DNA of 59,585 bases, counting the filler, from Diploschistes diacapsis (taxonomy: Eukaryota), in NCBI GenBank assembly GCA_023645945.1. It is 5 parts of 5 records of this genome, joined end to end, with 100 filler letters (N's around TTAATTAATTAA, not from the genome) between each part and the next. Parts side by side here need not be neighbours in the genome. Positions count along the whole stretch, not along the records: positions 29,560 to 59,585 come from JALAIB010000130.1; 4 more parts are not named here. One strand, written 5' to 3'. A program made the translations under genes and the position numbers. Below the pieces are notes generated by a model that was given only the letters and a program-made list of their open reading frames with translations, was not told the origin of the DNA and searched no databases. Each line of letters opens with the position of its first letter. The first letter of the stretch is position 1. Shown here piece by piece: positions 51,333 through 59,585 of the stretch.

Positions 51333-52533
51333 TCAGTCCTGTCTGTCCCTCGCTTGCCCCACGTGCTCCTTTCTACCCGCCGGCGGGAAAAGCCACTCAG
51401 TCATTTCCTCCGGGTACTTGAGCTCCCCATGCCAGTAATTGGGCGTCGTCGGCTTGCACACCATCCATGCCTCGTCCAGCACCTTGACCACCTCCTCCGG
51501 CAACGGGCCCTTCTGCAGATCTTTCAAGTTCCCCTCCAATTGACCATAACTGCTCACACCAATGATGATCCCATCATGGCCGCCATCCTTTATGTTCAGC
51601 TTCGAGTGGTGCACACACCATCGGAGCGCTATTTCAATGAGCGTCAAATTGTGCTTGGCCGCAACCTCCTCGATCATCTTCAGCGCCTCGAACGTCGCGT
51701 CGCGGAAATACCGCGCGCGGTACATCTTCCCCGACTGCGCCGTGTCGCTGAACCGTCCATCCTCCGGCACTAGATCCGCGCTCTTGATCTTCCCCGAAAA
51801 CAAGCCGCCAGCAACGGGATTGTAAATCACCACGTCGATCCCATATCGTCTGCACGCGATCATCATCTCCGTCTCCAGACTCCGCGTGATGGCATTGTAC
51901 ATGCCCTGGTAGATCGTCGGCCGCACCCAGCCCCGCTCGCGGCAAATCGTCGCGCACTCCGCGACTTCGAAGGCGGTGAAGTTCGACAGGCCCAGCTGCA
52001 CGAATTTCCCTTCCTTGTGCATGGCGTTGCAGACTTCGAGCGCCTCGTCGAACGGCCGCGACCGGTCCGGCGCGTGTAGGTAGAAGATGTCGACGCTGGA
52101 TGTCTGCAGCTCCTTGAGACAGTATTCGAGCCGGTCGCGCAGCACAGCTGCCGTGTGCCCGGCGCCCTCGCGCGGGTAGTATTTTGTAGCGAGGGTCAGG
52201 CCGCGCTGTTGCCAGTGCGCAGAGGCGGTGAAGGCCATTTGCTTAGTGCCAACGTAGGACTCGGCTGTGTCGACTTCGTTGAAGCCTTCGGCTTGGACTA
52301 ATGGGTGGGAATGGTTAGCTTGGGAGCATGGAAGGTGGGCTCGAGGTGGGGCGTACAGTGGTCGAGGCATTTGTTGAATTCATCAAGGGAGGTGATGCGC
52401 GCGCCTTTGGTTTCGTCGGGGCCGATGATCATCAGGCCGAGGATGATCTGGAATTTGTTAGAGAGTGATCCCGGGATAGAAGGGGAGGCTGGAGTACCCT
52501 GGGCTTTCCGGTAGAAGTCGTAAGGAGAGGCAT
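51333..52533 (-). CDS. Aflatoxin B1 aldehyde reductase-like aldo-keto reductase (AKR7 family)
   Basis: Exons MPLLTTSTGKPR | IILGLMIIGP...NKCLDH | ..GFNEVDTA..LATK..VDIFYLHAPDR..LGLSNF..PTIYQGMYN..IALRWCVHHS. Confidence 0.9.
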
Positions 52534-53035
52534 TGTGACTGTTCTTGTGAAGGCTCCTACGATCAGGCTCGGTTGAGAGACGACAGAGGACTTGGTATGG
52601 TGGATAGAATGTGGTCGACGTGAGCGTGACCATTATATACTTTATGTACCAGGAAATTTCCCTGCTACCTTATCAGTAGATTGCGTAGCTCCCCTTAAAA
52701 TTTGTCACGAAAGGCATATACGACGCGCCAACGTAGATATTGCTTGTCATGGTGCCCCGCATCGAGGTCATCGTGAGCCTAAAGTGCCCCTCGTGTCCGT
52801 CCGAAGCCACCTCAGAAAGTGCGAAAAGTGCGAAAATCAGTGGTGAAGTGATAAGTTAACGGCCGCTTAAGAGCCTCCCTAAGCCTTGTCGTGTTCTTTT
52901 GCATATTTTAAGTAGGATTAGGGAGCTCGAGACTGTATTTCCTCTATCCTTCAAACAGTTTAAGGACTGCTAAGTATCTGCAAGAGGAAGGTCATTGTAT
53001 TGGGATATTATCTTGAATAGCTAATTTTGAGACAT

Positions 53036-53117
53036 GGCTGGATGGTCTAGTGGTATGATTGTCGCTTAGGGTTCAACCATCTGTGACAGGTCTTGGGTTC
53101 AATTCCCAATTCAGCCC
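53036..53117 (+). tRNA. tRNA-Pro(AGG) with 10-nt intron
   Basis: GGCTGGA/TTCAGCC acceptor stem, TGGTCTAGTGG A-box, anticodon AGG 53068-53070, intron 53072-53081, GGTTCAATTCC B-box, downstream T-run terminator. Confidence 0.92.
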
Positions 53118-53434
53118 TCTTTTTTCGTGTTGTTTTTGTATTTATACAATCATTCTTTAAGTGTGAAAAGTATGTATATCACGAGGTTTTGGTTGCTCCC
53201 AAAATCTTGTCTTATTGATTATAAGTATGGGCTGAACTTTGACTTTTTAGTAGTTGAATTATGGTTACCAGAATAGTACACCTGAAGCTGCCACTTTGAG
53301 TAGCTGACGTCACCGTAGCTTTCTACAACCGTGACTGTTTTGCCCTCATAACTTCCCTTATATTCCCCCCACTCAGCCCCCTTTCCAATCTAAGCCTTAC
53401 TGAACCCTACCAAGCTTCTTAGCGTCTTCTCGCC

Positions 53435-54803
53435 ATGACTTCCGAGGCTGGCACAAACGAAATCAATATCGCGCCTTTCAAGCAGGGCTTTGTTAGCATC
53501 AACAAAAGCTACGGCGGAGTCAAGCTATGCTACTATTGTAACTTCGAGGCTGTTCGCCCGCTCATTGGCGGCGGAAAGCCGGTGTTGCTGCTGTTGCATG
53601 GATATCCGCAATCGTATGTTGATGGGCTCGTGAGGTTGTGGTGTTGTTTATGTTAACGGGGGTACAGATCGTTTATGTGAGAATGATTGACCTAAGTTGT
53701 TTTGTGTTTGGCGTGGAGACTTACTAGCTGCAGATGGCGGCATGTATGGAACGATGAGAACCCGTTGAGCGTATATCCTGTTGTTGATGTGCGTTCAAGG
53801 TAGCGCCTATGCTTTCCAAGGCGGGGTATCCAGTTGCGGTGTTTGACGTAAGCGCTTCAGCTTTTACTGTTTGCTTTGACTTCTCTGGCTCATCTTGGAA
53901 CCTTATGATGCATGCGGAGAGAGACCAGCTTTTGGGGATCATGATTGATATTGCCAAGACATCCAAGGAGCAATCTTTGCAGAGGGATACACTTCCGTGA
54001 ATTACAATAGCCTTGCACTCACTAACTCCTCCGCACCCATCAAGCTACCCGGCTACGGCAACTCCCGCGACCCAGAGCACACCATCCCCCAAGACAAGTT
54101 CTCAACCGGCAGCGCCGTTCTCCAAGCCCTCGCCTCCCTCCTACCCTCCTCCTCCCAACCCCATCCCCTAGTCATCATCGCCCACGACCGCGGCGCCCGC
54201 ATAGCTCACCGCATCGCCGTCTCACGCTCCTCCTTCTCCGCCTTCCAGCTCAAAGCCGTCTCGCTGATGGACATCGTACCGACAACCGTACAATTCGCCG
54301 CTTTTGGGAAAGCCAAAGAAGCCTGCACGTACTGGCACTGGCCCTTCCTAGCCAACGTCGAGATCGCGACAAAATTGATCCTTGCCTTTGGCGGCGAGAA
54401 CTGGATCCGCATGACTTTCGGAAGAACGGCAGGGAAGAGCGCGCAGGGCTTGCAGAAGCTGGAGGAAGACAATGCGGCAAAGGTGTATGGAGCGCACATG
54501 GATAGAGAGGATGTCGTGAGAGCGAGCTGTGAGGACTATGCGGCGGCGGCGGGGGTGGATTTGGAGAGGCAGGCGGAGGACCAGGAGGCGGGTAGGAAGA
54601 TCGATGTGCCGGTTCTGCTCATCTTTTCGGCGGCGCAGCTGGGAGCTAGGTTCGATGTAGAAGGGATATGGAGGAAGGATTGGGTGAAGGAGGGCGTTGA
54701 GGTCGAGGCACTGCCGGTGGGAGATGGTATTGGGCACTATGTGCCGGAGGAGGCGCCGGATGTGGTGGGGGAGAGGCTGCTTGGGTGGCTGATGGGCTTC
54801 TGA
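53435..54803 (+). CDS. Alpha/beta hydrolase (epoxide hydrolase/haloacetate dehalogenase family), multi-exon
   Basis: LLLLHGYPQ, LPGYGNS, nucleophile motif AHDRGAR, YWHWPF, CEDY, GHYVPEEAP. Several short introns between 53613 and ~54045 (exact boundaries uncertain). Confidence 0.85.
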
Positions 54804-55691
54804 TGGTTTCAGATACGGTAGGGGTGCAAGCAGTCTGCTGTACCAAATAGGATCTCAAGTGGACCATGGTAATCTCTATAGCCGCAGACATACAAGAATG
54901 GAGGTTCATTTGTCGTGAGAGAATGGTTTAGAGCCGTCGTGCATCTTTGGCTCAACCTTAATACTTACACTTTTAGCTTGCTCAGATTGCTTTTTTCGTG
55001 GATCTGGACAAGATGGGTTCACCCTTAAATCTAATCTAGACCTAGATCTTCCCACTTGATCCTAGTGAGAGACTCGCCAAAGAACGCAGTCATGGAGCAA
55101 GAGGGTACCAACCTAAATCTTCTCGCGGTCACGCTTGCACCAAAAGAGCAGTGCAGACCCCCTGCCCCCCGAAGACACTAAGGGTTGTGCTAGGGTAAGC
55201 TGGGTCTTGGCAAAAGTGATAGATGCTCTTTTAAGTGAAAACTTTCAAATGCAGTTACTGTACAAGTATGGGAAAGAGTTGGCAGGCAGCTGCTCGCATG
55301 GATTTATTGGGGTATTCCCCTAATCAGCTCCTCCCCAAAACTCGTCTCCTTCACGAGCAGCTCTTGCTATAATGACGGTACTTGCGCTGCCACCCTGGAT
55401 CTACAAGCATCTCTATCTAGTATGAAGCTCACTAGGTCTTGTCCCTCGGATGGCGCCTCGATGCTCAAGGCAAACTAAGGCTATAAGCACGCTTAGCGTC
55501 ACTGGGAGCTTTTGCAAGGCTGACAAGGAGTGACGAACACTAGAGCGCAGCCTTGCCTCGATGCTTGTTCAAAATGTGTCTCCTTGGCTGACTGTTTCTA
55601 TCTCTCTCGTCGTCTGTTCCAGCTGTGTGTTCTCTCCTATGGATTTTCAGTCAGTTGTGACTGTCTTTTCTTCACGCATGTTCGAGGCAGC

Positions 55692-56670
55692 ATGGATCCA
55701 GCCTCTATTGTTTGGATTGACTACTACCGCCTTTGGAGTAGCTGACCAGGTAGCGTAGGGCAATGAAACTAACGACAAAGCTCCGTTATGTGGATACCAA
55801 GCTTGCACTACTTGTTGGCTATCTAGCTAGTCTTAAAGCTGCCGGTTTCGAGATAGCCAACATTATCGAAGGCCTTTCTGGACAAATCGCTTAAGAAATC
55901 TAACGGAAGCGCTGGGTACGACTCTGGATTGTTCGAAGCTGTCCGTGGTGTTCCTCAAGTCCAAGCTTAATGAATTACGACCAGACTCAAGACGGAATGA
56001 GCTTTACCAACAAGCTCACTATGATCTTGGAAGCTACGGAATTTGAAGAGTACATGAACGGTATCGGTATCTATGTCAATGCGCTGAACCTCCTTCTCAA
56101 TGCCTTGCAGTGGTCTGTCTTCCGTAATTCAGATGCGGGCAATTTTAATGCTTAGTATCCGTTCCAACGCTATAGTAACAGGACGTTTTATCGAGTCCGG
56201 ACGCTCAGGATATTATAAAAACCATGGAAGGTGAAATATCCTCGCTTTTTTCTATCGTCGATGACCGCTCTATCGTCGGCGGGGAGACTTCGATCTCGGA
56301 AGCATCTGCAGCTTTAAGCATATCATTTGGATTTGATGGCGAGACTCTGGGCTCCAATGTATACGCCATCGCATATCGCTCACACCTCAGACAAGTCTTT
56401 GCTCTGCAGAAAGACAGTGGTAAGTTTTTCATAGGCAACCATCTTCGATCGCTTGGAATCAGGAAGGATGCTCATGATAAAGCACTCCCTTTTACACCTG
56501 AAGCAATAAGCGGTGACACGAGCAAGCATAAGCTACAGGACTCAACAGGGCGCTTGCCTGAGCATGGCATAGAAAAACTTGTGCCTATGAAGGACGATAC
56601 TTTGATACAAACAGATGAGCCTACCCAACTCAGCCAGGACATGGACCGCACATCGCTGACAGAACGCTGA
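55692..56670 (+). pseudogene. HeLo-like N-terminal domain protein, decayed
   Basis: MDPASIV, frameshift, GLTTTAFGVADQVA*, then KLRYVDTKLALLVGYLASLKAA and YVNALNLLLNALQW. Downstream: FGFDGETLGSNVYAIAYRS. Confidence 0.55.
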
Positions 56671-56985
56671 TCGTGGCGAATATGCGGAAAAAACGCCGCC
56701 CACCTAAAACTACTTTTAGATGGCTGGTTGGAGCATCATCATTTGCTGCTAATCATTAACGATTCTAAGCCTTTTAACAATAAGATTTTCGATACGCTGA
56801 GACACACCACATGAACTCCGACGCTGAATCGCAGTAAACTAACTGGGATCCCTATCATCCAGGCGTGGATCCTACAAGTCAAACTAGTCAACGTCGGAGC
56901 TAAATGTCAGAGTAAAGGTCCGAGTCCTGGCGGAACTTGTAAACTTGCGCAACGTTGCCCTCCTGCCACATCCTCACGTCGCTTT

Positions 56986-58347
56986 CTACCTTCCACTTCC
57001 CTTCAACCTCCCGATCTCCGCCTCCAAGTCTCTAACTCTCGCATCCCTTCTTTTGAACGCGTCCCGGCTTACATCCCTTCCTTTCTCGATAGCCTTCAGC
57101 TTCTGCACGTGTCTATGTGCAATCGCCTTTACAGCCCTTACGGCGGGGATGGTGAGCTCAATGTGCAGGTCACGCAGAGTATCCAGGATTTCGGTCGCCA
57201 GCTGCGAGGGAGGAGGCTCTTCGCTTCTCGGGCTGGCCGTGGGCAGTTGACCGAAACTGGACATAGAGGTGAAGGAAGGAAGATTAGCACTTTTGTGTCC
57301 AAGAGGAGACTTGTCGCGTATGCTAGCATTCTTGGTTGGAGTATTGACATTGGATGCCATCGAGGCCTCTGTCCGCGGCGGGCCGGTGTGCGTAGTACGC
57401 TGCGTGTCGCTGGGCGTCATGAGACTTCCCGGTCCCGCCATCGTGGAGCCTGGTGCAGCGGATGGATTATCCCTTCCACGGAACCTTTCGTTGGGCGTAG
57501 TAAAGACATCTTTCTTCGTGGGGGTACAGATGGCGAATTTCTCGTTCTGGCCGTCGTCCTGGAACTCGGCGAAGCGGCGCTTGCTGGGCGAGTCTGCCCC
57601 GGAGGTCTTTGCGGCTTTTGACGGCGTTTCCCTGGGCGGCGGCATGGATACTTTGTCCGTAAACGTCTTGAGGTCTTGGTCGTCGAGGTCTTCGTCCGCG
57701 ACGAAGAGCCAGTTGCTTTCGCGCTCTAGGTTCTGCACTGCGCTCCGCGAGGGTGGGCGGAAGTCTGAGGTCAGGCGTGCAGCGGCTTTCGAATTGCTGA
57801 AAGGTGTCATGGGGGCCGTCCCGCTGCTGCGGGTGGTTGGAGAGTTGCCGGTAGGTGTCGACGGCTCGGTACTGGTGATGGGCTCGGTGCGCGAGTTGGA
57901 CAGGACGGCGTGCGCTTCGCGGTTTTTGGCATGGTCATCCCAGAGAAAGAAGCCGCAGCGCTTCGGTTGGGATTTTTGGCAGGTGTAGACTGTGACCTAT
58001 TAGATCACTGTTGGTTCTTCCATGTAGTACATTGCACAAGGTCCCGGCAACAATGTACAGTAATTGCTTTCACCTCGATATTCATATCTTCGAAACAGCA
58101 GTCAAGCAAAAGCATAGCTTATACATTCACGCATTTGTAAAATCACGAGAAGGCTTTAAGGAATATACATACACCACCTCCCATGATTCGGCCCCCCATT
58201 CTTCGTCGGGAAGTGTTCCGCCGGCAAACGGGGATCGCAATCACATTTCCAGATGCCGTCGGCGAAGAGGCCTTTCAGCCGGATCTTTTCCCCTCCTCTC
58301 CCTTCGCGATGGAGGCTGTTCCTACTGCGTTGGTTGAGGTCATTCAT
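56986..58347 (-). CDS. GRF-type zinc finger protein
   Basis: GLFADGIWKCDCDPRLPA...GPNHGRW, intron ~58175-57990, then YTCQKSQPKRCGFFLWDD. Disordered middle; C-terminal coiled coil (IEKGRDVSRDAFK). Confidence 0.85.
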
Positions 58348-58655
58348 TGGAATAAGCGGTATCAAGCGTTATGGCATGGAAGTTAGACGAGGCTGGGTTT
58401 GGTAGACTAGCGGTTGCGGGGAGATAAAAGCGGTGGATAAGTGACACGCGATCAGCCACAACGGAGAGTTCAACCGAATTTGGGTGTGGCTAGCTGTAGC
58501 TAGTGTACGGAAGATATATTTAGCATGTGAAAATCAAAGCATCACTCATCTTCATTTGACAATGAACGGCTCATGTATCCAACTTACATGTCATAAGCAA
58601 CTTCTCTCCTTTCGAGCGTCTCTCCCTTCCAACATTCTCACCATAACCTAACAAC

Positions 58656-59585
58656 ATGTCCACCTTCGCCGCCAGACACCCCCCATTATCCCCTCAGCAA
58701 ACTCAAACGACCACACGCCCCTCCCGCTCCACCACTCTCCCCTCCTCCCAAAAATCCCCTCCATCCCCCTCTAAACGCGCCTCAAAACACCGCCACCATG
58801 CCTCCCACTCACATCGCGCCCTCCACCAAACCTACCCGCACCCCTTCTCCCGCGACGCGCACGCGCACCACTCCCCCTCCGAATCAACCGGCCTCTCCAG
58901 CGGCCTCAGCCTCAGCCCCCTCTCCCCTCTCGGCGAACTACTCGGGCCTGTCAGAAGTGTGGCCGAGGGCTTGGGGCGGGATATCAGCGGGTTAGCGGCG
59001 CAGGCTCGGGGCGGGCTAGAGCGGAACAGCGAGCGGGACAAGGACAAGGACAAGGAAAAAGCGCAAACGGGCCGCACGCAATCGCGCAACAGCTGGGCGA
59101 GCGCGCACAAACCGGCCGACCCGTCCACGTCCGCGTCGACGGCGACGTCTTCCGCAGCGCAACCGCACGCGGGCGTTGGACCCACGCCGGCCGCGGACCT
59201 CGCCACCGCCCGCAAACAGCGCCAAATCGCCGAATCCGCCCTGCGCGCGCGCTACAACGCCCTCGCCGCCTGCACCCTCGCCCACCACCAGCTCCTCGCC
59301 TCCTCCCGGCACACCATGCTCGCCACGATCCCGCAGATCAACGCCACGCTGTCCTCCCTCCACGCCCTCCTGCACGGCGCCCAGTCCTCCCTCGACGCGC
59401 TCCGCACAGACATCATCCCCGCCGCGACCACGGAGATCCAGGTGCAGGCCCGGGCGCTGGGGGACGCGATCGCCGCGATGGAAACGGAGCGGCTGGTGCC
59501 GTTAAGGCGGCGGGTGGAGGGCGCGAGGGAGAAGGTTGAGGCGTTGGGAGAGAGAATGGAGGCGGTTAGAGGGAGGGTGGAGGGG
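58656..59585 (+). CDS. Hypothetical protein with C-terminal coiled coil; runs off the window
   Basis: Open frame from ATG 58656 (MSTFAARHPP...) to the window end (...LRRRVEGAREKVEALGERMEAVRGRVEG). Confidence 0.6.
   Translation, partial: MSTFAARHPPLSPQQTQTTTRPSRSTTLPSSQKSPPSPSKRASKHRHHASHSHRALHQTYPHPFSRDAHAHHSPSESTGLSSGLSLSPLSPLGELLGPVRSVAEGLGRDISGLAAQARGGLERNSERDKDKDKEKAQTGRTQSRNSWASAHKPADPSTSASTATSSAAQPHAGVGPTPAADLATARKQRQIAESALRARYNALAACTLAHHQLLASSRHTMLATIPQINATLSSLHALLHGAQSSLDALRTDIIPAATTEIQVQARALGDAIAAMETERLVPLRRRVEGAREKVEALGERMEAVRGRVEG

Noticed and set aside
37600..53120. Intact Starship/transposon inserted at the tRNA-Pro
   Set aside because: No tyrosine recombinase, transposase, LTR/TIR or target duplication recognised, and intact AKR7 lies between the relic block and the tRNA.

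Overview
Eukaryotic DNA from a filamentous ascomycete (Pezizomycotina-type GT-AG introns and gene content). It is a draft assembly: five contigs joined by four 100-nt N/TTAATTAATTAA spacers, so gene order across spacers is unverified. The left 21 kb is rich in predicted fungal cell-death/non-self-recognition genes. One contig carries a HeLo-pseudokinase (MLKL-like architecture) head-to-head with a disrupted patatin, followed by an intact Ser/Thr kinase. Further on are a SesA/HeLo-like-NB-ankyrin NLR with a shortened NB-ARC and a divergent pair of HeLo-like genes (one HeLo-like + kinase-like/DUF7580). The middle holds housekeeping genes (PNPOx-like, nucleolin/NSR1, ALG6, REX1; a VMA7 fragment lies at 7 kb). 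About 38-51 kb is a compacted graveyard of metabolic pseudogenes (paraoxonase, MFS, FPGS, Pth11-like, O-methyltransferase, FAD oxidase, P450) around one apparently intact PD-(D/E)XK-like gene. The right end has AKR7, an intron-containing tRNA-Pro(AGG), an alpha/beta hydrolase, a HeLo-like pseudogene, a GRF zinc-finger gene and a partial coiled-coil gene. All domain calls come from motif recognition by eye; no database search was run.
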